From: Podarcis melisellensis
Taxonomy: Eukaryota
Direction: 5' to 3' (one strand)
Length of the DNA stretch: 64,000 bases
NCBI GenBank assembly: GCA_964234715.1
Contig: OZ174278.1
In this document: positions 48,819-61,513 of the stretch, piece after piece
How the letters are laid out: every line of letters begins with the position of its first letter
Numbering within the stretch: position 1 is the stretch's first letter
Position numbers and translations under genes: made by a program
Notes under the pieces: generated by a model
Databases searched by the model: none
The model's input: only the letters and a program-made list of their open reading frames with translations
What the model was told of the DNA's origin: nothing

Positions 48819-51019
48819 CATATATCACCTATTTATATTGATGTTTCATGCTTCCCCCTTCCCCCTCCCCACTTTGACTTCACTTGTCCTCATTGATACC
48901 ATTATGCAGGCAAACCTTTAGTGTGGTTGTGCTACCCTATCCACATATGCACCTTGTTTTTCCCTATAGTAGAAATACATGTCTCAACGTTCATGAACAT
49001 ACCTAATCCCGTTAAAAGTTATTCATGACAATCCTGAAAGTAAGTCCTGTTGAGCTCAGTGGGGCATACTTCTGCACAGACATGCACAGAACTGCACCAT
49101 ACAACTGAAATCCTATGCCTACCCACCAGGGAATAAATATAAATAGGAAATAAACCCTATGGAACTCATGCTTCTGATTGTACTTTTATATCCCTTTGAA
49201 ACCAACAGAATAAGATACCTTTCAATGAGACTTTTAATGCTTTTAGTGCATTTTATTTAATCCTGCCTAACTTGGATTAGAGCCATATTTATATGGTACC
49301 TTCTAAACTGGGCAGGTTTTGTGAGAAAGAAGGGTTTAAGTAATAGGGAAGTGGAAATAAGTTCCTATTCTCCTTAAAGAGCTTATTGCAAGCTGTCTGG
49401 CTGGTTGCAAAGTTGGGATGAAAAGCACTAATTTATTTTCCCCCCAATGTGTGCTTTGATTTTCCGTCTGGGGAGCGGTACGGGCCCGGCACCCAAGTGC
49501 TAAATGAAGATGGCAAAGTAATAACAGTTAATAATAGTTTTTAAAGATTTGCCACCTGTTGTATCAAAACATGCTTAAAAACCAGATATGAAACATATGG
49601 TTCTTCCTTGGCTGTGAAAAATGAACAGATGCTCCAAAATGTCCAAACTTGCAAACAACTACAACAACAAAGGGGGTGGGCATATGAGAAACAGACAGAG
49701 ATGATCATGTGATCAATGATAAGCTTTTGAAGATCAAGATGTAACATAAGATTACAAGCTTTTGAAGCTGAAGGACCAAGAAGCAAGAGCTAGGATGTGC
49801 TCACACGTGCATGCAGGACATGGCACTCTTGGCTTTTTTGACGTGGCATGTCAAATAACAAGCTTATGGGGCCATCCTGCTTTTCAGTGGCAAGGCATCC
49901 ATATACTACAGAGGAAACCCCTTTGGCCCCGTGCCTGGATACAGTGCCCAGCAGTCCAGAGCTGGTTCACACATGTACATGACCACACCATAAAAGTGAT
50001 AGCTTGCTGCATGTATGAATGAACGTGTCATCACAGATGTAACACTGCAGGCAGAACTGCCACTCTGTTGTCTCACATCACCATGAGTGCCATGCTTCCC
50101 TGAAGGCAGTGCACATGTTCAACCAGGAACTGTCGTTTATCCCTACAGGGCTACAGTGCTGGGCACCCTAAACAAACTATAGTTCCCAGGACTCTTTGGG
50201 GGAAGTCAGGTGCCTTAAATGTGGTTTAAATATATGTTGTATACACAGCCCTACTTAAAGCGAAGCGGACTTTCATCTCCCCTTAAATGATAATAAATCA
50301 GCTTGTGCGCTTGTCTTCACTTTTTAAAGTTTTTTTTTTTTTTTTACAAATTAACTTATCCCTCACTTGAAAGCACTGCAGCTGCACCTCACAAAGCTGA
50401 CGTGGTGATAAATGAAAAATGGATGTGATTTATTAATGTGCAAACAGTATTTAAGAATCATTTTCAATTCTTGTCACTCTAATAATCCCTCCCACACTTC
50501 GGCTAGTTACTGCAATAGCACTTCTTTCTCCTGTTTTCAAAGGGAGCTAAAGGAATAGTATTGCCCCAATTTGTGGGGCTTGTGCTGAACTCATGTTTCT
50601 GCAGACTCAAAAAGCCCAGAAGCTGTGCAACCCTGATAAGATCATCTGCAATAGTGTTTGCCAATCATCTGCTGGAAGCTGGGGAGTGGGGAGTATGCAT
50701 TCCACTCCTCCTCCCTCTCATTTCTGAACTGATTGGCACTGTTTCCAAGAGTCTGACTAAGGCTGCAGAGCCCAAGCTAGTGTTTGGGGCTTTCCAACCA
50801 GACAACATGGACACACAGCGGCCTGCTGGAATGAGGCCTTTGGATGCAATCTTGAGCGCACTATGCTTACAACTGGGGATACGTTTCGTTCAGTTTGCAG
50901 TTTAATACAAACCTCCCTAATTCTCACACTCTGAAACAATATGTTGCTATAAGAATTCTAAGGTCCCAAATATAAAATAAGCGTTTCATAAATTCACAAG
51001 GCAAACACATACATATGTA

Positions 51020-51511
51020 CCGTATTTTTCGCCCCATAGGACGCACCGGCCCATAGGACGCACCAAGTTTTTTGGGGGGGAAATAAAGGAAAAAAAATAT
51101 TTTCCCCCCCAGGCGCTTGTGGGGCTGTCAGCGGGGAGAAGCACTCTTCTCCCCGCCACCCGCCTGCAGACCAGGTCCGGGGACAGCGGGAAGACACGCT
51201 GTGCCTCCCAGCTGTCCACAGAGCTTGCGGGGCAGGCAGCGGGGAGAAGCACGCGTCTCCCCGCCGTCAGCCTCCACACCACATCGGGAGACAGCGGGAT
51301 GCTGGCGTTCCGCCTCCCCGCTGTTCCCCGACCTTGTGGGGCTGGCTCTGCGACTCTCTTGAAGCCTGGAGAACGAGAGGGGTCAGTGCGCACCGACCCC
51401 TCTCGCTCTCCAGGCTTCAGCGAAAGCCTGCATTCGCCCCATAGTACGCACACACATTTCCCCTTCATTTTTGGAGGGGGGAAAGTGCGTCCTATAGGGC
51501 GAAAAATACGG
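51020..51511. mobile_element. Tc2-like MITE, young and GC-rich
   Basis: TIRs CCGTATTTTTCGCCCCATAGGACGCAC / GTGCGTCCTATAGGGCGAAAAATACGG with TA TSD. Confidence 0.92.
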
Positions 51512-52856
51512 TATATAAACCATGTGTCTAAAATAGTACAGAAAAATAATCCTGAAGTCATTTTGACTCTCCCAGTGACCTGAAATATTTCTCTGCAAGG
51601 AGGAAGGAAATGGGAAAGCCTCTCCATTGTCTTTTGCTTACCTGTCTTAAGGGTGTCTTTGTGTATGAATAGGGTGTGTCTGCGACCTGGATTCAGGAAT
51701 TAAAGTATTTACCATCACAAAAGAATGGCCAGGCTGTCCAGGTAATGCAATCAGTGACCATTATCCTGGTAGACAGGATTTCTGCTGTAGACCGCTTCTT
51801 TCTGTGATGTATGTATGATGTTTTAGGGGTGGTCTCTGGCTACAGGGTAGGCAACTTCAAAAATCTCTATAAGGGCTTGTGCATCATTGTTCGGGGTCCC
51901 TCCTGCCTCCTGTGTGTGAAGGGGGCACCCTGTTGCAACAGTTAATACATATCAGGCTTACTAGCTGCCTTGCTTCTCAATATTCTCTGGTTGGCCTCTG
52001 TTATTTTCTCCTTCCAATAGGGAACCTATTTAAGGACTCTATACGGGCTCTTCAATACCTCATAATGGAAAAGGAGCAGTTTTTCTTATAAGATTGTGAA
52101 CTGAAAGGCAGCTATATGCTTCCAGAATCTGCACTTCTCTGAATGTTGTGATGGCATCCTCCAACCAAAAATATGTACAAATGTACATATTAGGAAGAAG
52201 GATTAAAAATACATATATCCACTTTTGAAATACAAACATGCATTATACTGGGAACAGAAATCTGTATTTGCATAGCAGGCAGAAAGACATGCAAGAATGT
52301 GTTTGTTAAGAGCCTATAGAACTCCTTTCTTAGCAGCAGCTAGGACTTTATACGCAGGGGAATAGAGATCATCAACTATACCAGGTATCAAAGCATGGCA
52401 TGTTAAAATATGGGGTTGAGGATTAATTGTTAAACTAACTCACTTTATCAGATTTAGAGAACAAAAGCAAAGTCAGGATAATTTTTGGTCAAGATGGAGT
52501 AATTTTACTGATTGTAGCAGGAGATATGGGCAACTTCCAGGCATGTGCTATGAGTTTATGTTGTTATGGGAGAATAAAAATTATGCTGATGCAGATCAGT
52601 TGTGGTTGCCTCTCACAGGAAATCTATATTATAAGCACTATATAATTCAGAGTAGTTTTATGAGTTTGCCTCTTGATTTTTTAAAAAGTGTCTATTAGAA
52701 ATAATTCACAGAAAAATGCTGTTGAGTTTTTGCAAGACAAAACAAATCACAAACCATTGCAGAGATGTAGCAAATTGAATTTTAGATTGGGGGTGGGGGT
52801 AGGGAGAGAAACTGAGAACACCCAGAATGGCAGATTTTTCCATCCCAACTTAACAG

Positions 52857-52973
52857 CAGGGGGTTTTTCCCCAGCTCCAGCACCTCTCAGGTAGGCACCA
52901 TTGTGATTCTACGAGAAAAAGGGAGAAGTTCGTTTTGAGCTTTGGCACCTCTTTTTCTAGAAAAACAGCACTG
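52857..52973. mobile_element. Short hAT MITE
   Basis: Perfect 8-bp TSD CTTAACAG (52849-52856, 52974-52981) and imperfect CAG...CTG TIRs. Confidence 0.75.
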
Positions 52974-54127
52974 CTTAACAGTCCAGTAAAATTAGTGGGA
53001 TTTAAGTTGTCTGGGCCAGAGCACATACCATCCAGATAATCTATTTCCCCAATTTATTTATTTTTTTATTTTTTTAAAAAATAAGTTTAGGGGACTCCAC
53101 ATTTGATCAGAGTAGTTTGTGTTGAAGGTTGAGGAGCTTCATCCTACAGTTCTTTGTTTGTTTAAAACACATTTATTGAAAAGTTACACTGGAGCTCTGT
53201 CTACTGCCATAATACTACAGAACGATCACTCCAGCCCTCAATCCCACATCACTGTCATGTTGGCTCACCAAAAACCCTCAGTAGGCAACCCGACTACCAA
53301 TCTGTTTCAAAGTGAAGAACCTCAGGAGAGCCAATTGCGAACTTCCCTGCTTCACCCATGTAGGTTGGCTCTCAGGGTCTTGCAGCACTGCAAGCTTGCC
53401 TTTGAAACATCTGTCCTCTCTGCTGGCTTCAGAATTTTGAATTCCTCCTTGAGGGGATGGCTCTCATTCTTCTATTTTCAAAAGACTACAGACCATTCCC
53501 TTCTGTTCTCTGACATTTATGAATAATTAAGTTCCCAGTCTCTCTCCCCCACCCCCATTTTTTCCCTATTGCCCTTCTTCATAATAAGGTGTGCTCAGCT
53601 CCTCAGTACTAAAAAGTGGTCCCATTCATAAATCACTCATATTTGGCAAGAATAACTGGGGCTGCTATCGTAGCCTTTCTCTAGGTGAGTCAGTGCTGCC
53701 ATTTACTTTATTTCTGTAGCCATGTGCAATTTCCTTTTGATCTCTACTGTCAGGTCCTTTTCTTCTTCTTTTTTTTTGCTTGGTGTTTTGGAACCATGTG
53801 AGTGTTTAGGAAAGAAATCCTTTCCTTATTATGTGTCCCTTATCTCATTATCTTGCATTTCTCTGTATTTAATTGCATAAGCCACTTGGGCTCCTTTGGG
53901 CCCCGTCTATCAGAGTGATTCTGTCATTTTGCCCTTCTTTCGATTGATTGCTACTTCCAAGGTATATACAAGCAACAAATTTCATTACCTCGTAGGTCAC
54001 AGAAAATTGTGATACTGAGCTGAACATTGCGGGATAGAGACAAATGTTGTGGCAGGAGCAACTATCTCCCCTTGAACAGATGCTGGGAATCAGAGTTAGG
54101 GAAAGTACTGTTGCACTCAAATCCTGC

Positions 54128-54510
54128 TACCTTTGAAGGTGACCCGGAAACTACAACTAATCCAGAATGCGGCAGCTGGACTGGTGACTGGGAGCAGCCA
54201 CCGAGACAACATAGCACTGGTCCTGAAAGACCTACACTGGCTCCTAGTACGTTTCCGAGCACAATTCAAAGTGTTGGTGCTGACCTTTAAACCCCTAAAC
54301 GGCCTTGGCCCAGTATACCTGAAGGAGCGTCTCCACCTCCATCATTCTGCCCGGACACTGAGGTCCAGTGCCGAGGGCCTTCTGGCGGTTCCCTCGCTGT
54401 GAGAAGTGAAGTTACAGGGAACCAGGCAGAGGAACTTCTCGGTAGTGGCGCCCGCCCTGTGGAACACCCTCCCACAAGATGTCAAAGATGGGCGGGGTAT
54501 AAATAAATAA

Positions 54511-54558
<48 letters not shown>
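54128..54558 (+). mobile_element. L2-clade LINE 3' portion with an internal deletion and (ATT)n tail
   Basis: Encodes KLQLIQNAAAGLVTG...LKDLHWLLVRFRAQFKVLVLTFKPLNGLGPVYLKERL and ends AGATGGGCGGGGTATAAATAAATAA(ATT)n. Confidence 0.92.
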
Positions 54559-54559
<1 letters not shown>

Positions 54560-54572
54560 TCAGTGTCCTACA

Positions 54573-54736
54573 CATGGGAGCCAACTCCTAGGGGTTGAGG
54601 GGTCTTTGCCCCCCTACTAAAATATTTGAGGGGGATGCCCCCTTCAAATGGTGTGCGTGCACTGTCTTATATAATTGCTTATGTGGGGCAGGGTTTACCT
54701 AGGCCCCTCCATATTTTATTTAAGTTGGCGCCCCTG
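54573..54736 (+). mobile_element. Short hAT MITE, 'GCCAACTCCTAGGGG' family
   Basis: TIR CATGGGAGCCAACT / AGTTGGCGCCCCTG with 8-bp TSD GTCC[T/C]ACA. Confidence 0.82.
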
Positions 54737-54845
54737 GTCCCACAAGCATCTGATTGGCTACTGTGAGAACTTAAACTAGGTGGGTCTTTGGCCTGATCCA
54801 TTTTGTTCTTAGCACTTTTTACAACTAACCTTTACACCTTATTTA

Positions 54846-55217
54846 CAGGGGCGGTCCACACCAGGTGTCATCCTGAAGGGGGATGACATTCGGCACGGTT
54901 GCCCCACCCACGACTCCCCCAAGCCCGGTGAGTGGCAAAGCAGCTGCTGCAGCTCTCCCCCTCCCCCCAGCTCGCTGTAGGCTTGGGAGTCATGGGGGGG
55001 ATGTCATCCCTCTTCAGCCTGAAGGGGGTGACATTTGGTGCCCCCCATGCGCCGAGATCGACCCCCAGAGAGGATTGTGCAGCTGTTCCAATCGGCCCCA
55101 TGGGTGGATCACCCTGCCCCTTGGGTGGATTGGCCCCGCCCATGGGCAGATCGTCCCGCCCCCAGGGGCACGGCATATGTGCCACTCCGGGTGCCGGAGC
55201 ACCTAGCTACGCCACTG
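54846..55217. mobile_element. GC-rich hAT non-autonomous element
   Basis: Perfect 8-bp TSD CTTATTTA (54838-54845, 55218-55225) and ends CAGGGGCG / CGCCACTG. Confidence 0.85.
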
Positions 55218-55385
55218 CTTATTTATTGGTGTGGCAACCTCTGCTTGCTTACACATTTATGTAATGACTTTGCAGGACAAACCTTGGCATGCTACAGAAC
55301 ACATCTGATCTGAAAGCCCAATTGCATTTATTTTCTGGGGTGGTGGTGACACTCTTCTTTTCCTACAAACAACAGACCTACTTAC

Positions 55386-55496
55386 CTGGCCTGTGAGTGT
55401 GTGATTCATTTCATAATCTTTTGTACCAAAGAAGTCGTCTTTCCACAGTAGTTCCACCACTTCACACGACCAGTTAGCAATAGGAAACTCACCAGC
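55386..55496 (-). other. Candidate 111-nt exon of an unidentified gene or lncRNA
   Basis: Acceptor GCTTCCCTTGCAG and consensus donor CAG|GTAAGT; length is a multiple of 3 and open in phase 0 only; the peptide is not recognised. Confidence 0.3.
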
Positions 55497-58400
55497 CTGC
55501 AAGGGAAGCATATCAAAATTATATAATTGCATTTTATCTGCTTTTTTAAACGAAGATCATAGCTTATGATCCAGCAATTGCATTTAGTGCCTTCCATAAC
55601 AGCCCCTTTGTGGGCTTAAAGTCTGTCATAAGCCTGTTCGATAAACTGTCAATAATACTTTTAATTTATACTGCATTCTCACACCAGTTTATTTCATTTC
55701 CCTGATGTTTCAATAACATTTTGCTTCCAGAAAAAAATCCATTTGCAAATAACACAGAAATGAGCACTAAACCTGCAGTATATTCTACCGTGGAAGTGGC
55801 TTTTAAGTCTTGTGAAAGCGCAACTACGTAAAATGCAGAAAGTAACAGTTGGGGAAATGTTGGGGGAAATGGAATAAACTGCCCTGTGAACGGAGTATCA
55901 ATTTTTCTGGACGCCATTTAGTAGCTGTGGTTGGCAAATATGACCGTTATGTCCATGCTTCCAGGGAGTAGTGCATCATCTGAAATAACCTTTGCATTTC
56001 CAGTATTCTATAGTGTAGGGGTCCTGTTGGGCTGCTGCACTTTAAGTGACACCTCAGCTGTGCCAGCACGGGAAGCTAAGGGCAGCATCGCCCAGATATA
56101 ATGCCACTAGGAAGTACTGCTTCTTCCTCTTACGCTGATTCAAAGTGTGACCAAGAGAGTCAATCAGGGATAGTGGGGAAGCATGAGTGGATGCAGCTGC
56201 AGCCTTAGAATGGCCTTAAAGTGCCCAGACATGGGTTGAAAATATGGGAGGTGAAGTACCAAGAGACCTCAAGGGAAGGTAGGCCCAAAGGCAAGGAGAA
56301 AGCCAGGAAATTAGCCTGGAATGAAATTCCGGTTGAAAACATGCCTGTTACTTTATACTATAACAGGTATAAAGTAATTGATGCCACTGACCAACTGGTG
56401 CTGATTTACCCAAGTTCCTCAGACTTGAAAATGGGCCAGGAGAAGCCTTAGAGGCAGCTTGGGAACTGACATCAATAGGGCACAAGATTGGACCATCTCA
56501 ATTTACGAAGAAGAACAGGTACCTTTTGTTCTGATGCTCCTAACTCCACTCAATGAACCTAGTGTTGAGGTTGATTGTTTTCTGCAAGTTGTAGGTCCTT
56601 CTAGTCATATGATTTGGAAATGGAAATGATATGAAAACCCCATAATATATTGACCATTGTGGCTGTTGTAAATTGAAAACGCTGCTAAGATGCTGTATAA
56701 TGGCTGGTGGTAGGCCAGCACTGTGGTTGAAATGGGGTCTCTGGCTCTGCTCTGGTGCCAAGATGTGGGGTTGTACCCTGTTGTGGGAACTGGGAACCAT
56801 AAACCTAAGCCTATCAGAGTGTTGGTGTAACATGAGACCTCATCTAAACAGTGAAGTATTGTAAGGTAACGCATTGATAATTGTACTGTTACAAGTTATT
56901 TATTCCAAGGAAATACAGAAGATGTAATTTACTCGCTGGTAACCATGATGCAAATGTCAGGCCTCATGTAGATTATCCACCTTCCCAGATGTGTATGTCT
57001 CGTGCATTTACAAACATACTGGGAGAACCTAGAACTGAATTCTGCATGCTTAATTCATGCAACCTTTACCCTGCAAAGTGCTACAGTTCTGCCTAGGAAC
57101 TCATTATGCCACATCAAGAGAAGGATATTAGCAAAGTATACACATACTCACTCTACCTATCTCTTATAACAACCTTTATGCCCCAATTTTCAGCTCCTTT
57201 AAATCAGCATTATAATTACACTAATAAGAACAATGACTAATAACACCTCTTCAGGTATTGGACTGACATAATTTTACAGGGTCATATGATGCCATGAGTT
57301 CATTAAAATATTTTTATTACAAGATTCACTAATGCAATTCATAAATGGATAATTTTTTTTAAAAAAAATAATACAATACAAATTAAAGTGCATGTGCCTA
57401 GTTAATACATTTATTCTGAGCACCGTCTTCGCTTGGCTAATAATCTGGCTAAGAATCTGTCACCATATTTCTGTACTTATTATGACTCTTTAGTTGCTGT
57501 TGATGAAACTGAATGGAATACAATGAAACGATGAAACAAATAACTATCTATTAAGCCAAGGAAAGGCACACTTTTTAAAATGGCATATTACATGCAATGC
57601 AATAATGGGATTTCCCCAATGTATGAAGGGCCTATTTGCAGCTAAGATGAATGGAGGCACCGAGAAGACCTTATGCACCCTGACCTTTCTAGAGATAGCT
57701 GAACAAATTGTGGGACTTACCATGCAATCCTGTATGTCTTTACCCAGAAGCAAGTGCCACTGATTTCAGTTCTCCCGGGCAAGTGGATATAGGATTGCAG
57801 CCGTAGAGAGTGGCATCTGCCTAAATAGTTCTGCTACTGCAAGCAGTCCCAGCTGTGCAATGGAACTTCCTTGCTCTCTCCCTGTGCGACCCCTAAATCT
57901 GCTCCAGGGCTTCCCCCAACCCTCCAGAGTAAACCTACAGAGGGCACCTAGGAGGGAGCACACAAGGAGAAGAAATGGTTGGGACATACCATTGTGCAGT
58001 TAAAATTTCTTGCACTAGCCACACTGCTTAGTTGGACACCGTGCAGTGTCCCTGAAATATATTAATATATTGAAACTTTATAAGTAAAAGAAAGTCTTCT
58101 GAGTTGGTAAATCTGTGTTCACCAGTTCAGAGTGCATGGTGCTCACATAGCTGACGAGTCTCCTGCTATTCTGCACAATTCTCTCCACACAGAAAACAAG
58201 TATTTCATAGCTTGAACCATTCTCTTGGACTTCTAGGGTTGTTGTTGTTTTAATGAGGGGCATTCAGTTATGTGAATTCTCTGCCTACTGTCTGAAGTTG
58301 TACAGCCCAGACACAGACTGACCATGCCAGTGAGAACTACGGAAATTATAAGTGCCTTCTAAAAATCAGGATTTTGATAACCCTTCTTATAGTAAATTGG

Positions 58401-60379
58401 AGGCTGTTTTGCAGAACAAAATAGGCACCTTCAACTTGTAATCTTATGTAGATGTGATTTCTATCTATTCTGTGCGTGTCCTGGAAATGGTTCGTTTATA
58501 GAAATGAAACAGTCGAAACGCTTCGAGAGGTCCCTGATGGCTTTTTCAAGTTGGCAAAACTTGAGACGTACCTTGGACACTTGGTAAAATGCCAGTTGGC
58601 GTGAATAATAGACATATCTCTGTCACAGCAACTTGTAGAGGAAGTTGCTGCAACTAGCCTGGTGAGGCAGCTGGGGTGAACTCCAACTGCAGCAAGAATA
58701 GGAAGGAAGTGTCTGATCATGTAATGTTCTGTGCATGTCTTTGTTTCCACTGTGTCACATTCCTTATTATATTACACGCCATACAGTGCCCTCCCTTTTT
58801 TACATGCATTGTCCATGATTATATTAGAACTGTCATTATGATGGACAGAGGAGTGTGGCAGGAGGGCCTCTGTATTGTAGGGAGCTCTTGAGGAGTGCAG
58901 TGTTCTGCTGAAAGAAACATTGGCACACCCCGCTGCAAGATCCCTGTGAGTGTTGGGCCACCCAACAACAGGAATGGAGAATAGGTTAGCCTCCCCATAG
59001 TAATAAATGATAGCTATTCATTTATATGGGAGAAAGCAAAGGAGCGGCGTAAAGAAACACCCATTTTATTTTATTTTATTAAAACCTTGCAATATCATCT
59101 TAAGACTTGGAAAGCTTGAAACTGCAATTGACTTGGGCATTGCCTTGGGGTCACTGGTGTAAACTGCAATGCAGAATGCATCCCCCCCCCATTACTATTA
59201 TTATTTTTTAAATCCTAAATCCCAATAGACACAGACATAGACATAAGCAGCAGCTGGACAGCAAACAGTCATGTTGAAAAGAATGAGTATTTAAATATTC
59301 AGCTCCCATTTTTGAAAATTGCATTGCAATTTTGAAAGCACATTTTCACTTAGGAAAATTAGGCCTTAGAGTCCTGCTGCAGATGACTGACAGAGCCAGC
59401 TCCCTGTCAATCTCCTAGAGCTCTGAATGCTGATTAATTCCCCATTTAAACTGCATGACTACATTTCACATTGTATGCTCGCATCATGAGGAACAGTAAT
59501 GTCTCTGCTGGATTTACTGAGATGCTAAAAGAATGAAAAGGAAAAATAGCGGCAAACCCTTTTGCAGAGACTTTTCGGTTGCAGAAGGGTTTGGCTCTGC
59601 ATCTGATGACTGGGCTGGAGTCTATACCTGAGATTTCTGAGCTGCATAGGAACGTAGAAGCTCTTGATCTGACCTCTCAACCTGTCTTCTATCTAGGTAT
59701 TGGCTGTGTCACCAAAGAAGTGCCTGTTTTACATGACATTAGCAATGTACTCATAGAAGAACCTATGAAATCGCAAGCATGTAGAAAGTAAACTGAAACA
59801 GTTAAAACATGTTTACTTCATTTATTATTTAATTTATATGCCACCCTTCCTTCCAAAGGAGCCGAGGGTGGCAAACAAGAAAAAAGCAATAAACACATCT
59901 TTTTTAAAAAAATCCAGTGCAGATGCAGACTGGGAAAGATTTCAGCTTAAAAGGTTTGTTGAAAGAGGAATATAATCAACAGGCACTGGAAAGACATATG
60001 GGATGCTTACACAGGGTACAGATAATTTTTATGTTGTCAGGGTCTTGTTGGTGCTGTTAACAAGGTTTAAAATTATTTCACATGGCTACAACATTTGTTG
60101 TGAAGAAGCAGATACTTGGATGCAAGTGGAAGCTATTCTGCCATGACCTGCAGAAATGAAATGGATAACACAATCTCTTTTATTAGTACAAGGAGGTACC
60201 ATTTAGAGAGTGGAGGGTGCAGCCTCCCTCCTGGTGCTCCAAACCATAGGTTCAGACCATTCCTCTAGAACAAGGGCAGCCAATGAGGTGCTTTCACCAC
60301 TTTGGGGCCTGTGGGCCAAAAAATTGTATATAAATAAACTGTTCCACACTTCCAGGTGTTGTTGGGCCACAGTTATCAC

Positions 60380-60573
60380 CACAAGAGCCAACTCCTAGGG
60401 GCTAAGGTCCCTTTGGGCCTCCCCAGTAGAATATTTGAGGGGGCGGGGCCCAAAGTTGATGGCACTTGTCATTAAAATGGTTGGTGGGTGTGTCACGTCT
60501 TGTGATCAAGTATACGGGGTAGGGCTTACCTGATACCCTCCCCCCCAATATTTTATTCCGGTTGGCACCTTTG
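60380..60573 (+). mobile_element. Short hAT-like MITE, 'GCCAACTCCTAGGGG' family
   Basis: Homologous to 54573-54736. Confidence 0.72.
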
Positions 60574-60599
60574 CCACTATCCCTGACTATTGGCCATGC

Positions 60600-60740
60600 T
60601 CATACTAGTAAGTAGAGTATGAGACTTTTAATCTCAGGGCTCTAGTTTCGAGTCCCACATTGGGCAAAAGACTCCTGCATTCCAGGGATTTGAACTAGGT
60701 GAGCTTTGTGGTCCCTTCAATCTCTTAAGATTTTGTGTTT
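60600..60740 (+). mobile_element. Degenerate tRNA-Lys-like SINE with a CR1-type tail
   Basis: GTAGAGTATGAGACTTTTAATCTCAGGG...TTCGAGTCCCACATTGGGCA tRNA-like head followed by CCTGCATTCCAGGG...GGTCCCTTC. Confidence 0.65.
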
Positions 60741-60915
60741 TAATGATTCAGTGAAATTGGTTTATGTACTAAGGATGCATGCTGAACTCCTAAATCCCTT
60801 GTGACTTCGCTGTTTGAGTTGAGATCACTACTAGGGTATTAAAGAAAAAAGGGATAAAATCATTTTTTGAAACATAAGGTGCTTTTTGCATTTTAATCTT
60901 GAATTCATCCAAGAG

Positions 60916-61344
60916 TAGGGATGGAGGAAAATTTCAATTTGGTACAGATTTCAGGCAGAATCTATCAGATTTGCACTTTCCAAAACCATATGCAGACCAA
61001 GACACAACTATCTTTTGAAATTCACACTCATCCAAATTTTGTGGTGCATTTCTCTAACTATGCTAATCAATGCTTACAAAAATGCATATTTTAGGTGAAA
61101 GTGTGCATTAGGATAACATGCACAAACACATTATTTATCGGGGGGATTGTTTGCAAAAATGTGTACAAAATTGTATGTAAATGTGTTTATTATGAGAAAT
61201 TGGCACTACAATGCTGCTGAATTTTCGTAAGGATTTTTCTTTAAAAGAAACGCAATGAATTGATGCAAAATGTGATTAATTGAATTTAAGACTGGAAAAA
61301 CAAGAAACTAAGAGAACTGAAATAGACAAGTCCTTCCATTCCTG
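60916..61344 (+). mobile_element. AT-rich hAT-like element (TAGGGATGG family)
   Basis: Ends TAGGGATGGA / TCCATTCCTG; body similar to 22045-22490. Confidence 0.65.
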
Positions 61345-61381
61345 CCTAGGAACATTACTTTCAAGTTACCATTGGATAGAG

Positions 61382-61513
61382 CAGCTTTCTCAAACTTGAA
61401 TTCCCAGATGTTGGACTACCAATCCCATCATCCCTGACTGCTGCCCCTGCTGACTATGGATGATGGGACTTCCAGTCCAGGAACATCTGGGAACCCAAGA
61501 TTGAAAAAGGCTG
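61382..61513. mobile_element. hAT palindromic MITE, diverged
   Basis: Ends CAGCTTTCTCAA / TTGAAAAAGGCTG, degenerate TSD GGATAGAG / AGGTAGAG, and an internal CCCATCATCC / GGATGATGGG inverted repeat. Confidence 0.75.

Noticed and set aside
50986-51627. 213-aa and 154-aa ORFs over the Tc2-like element
   Set aside because: There are no DDE or HTH transposase motifs; the open frames are explained by the GC-rich repetitive MITE interior.
54868-55313. Cluster of overlapping Pro/Gly-rich ORFs
   Set aside because: They lie in or start within a GC-rich hAT element bounded by an 8-bp TSD and are compositional artefacts.
58498-58610. CpG-containing stretch with short open frames (RNETVETLREVPDGFFKLAK...)
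   Set aside because: There is no convincing acceptor/donor pair and no recognisable protein; it may be a conserved non-coding block, but I cannot support a call.
60600-60670. tRNA-Lys-like sequence
   Set aside because: The arms are degenerate and it is fused to a CR1-like tail, so it is a SINE remnant.
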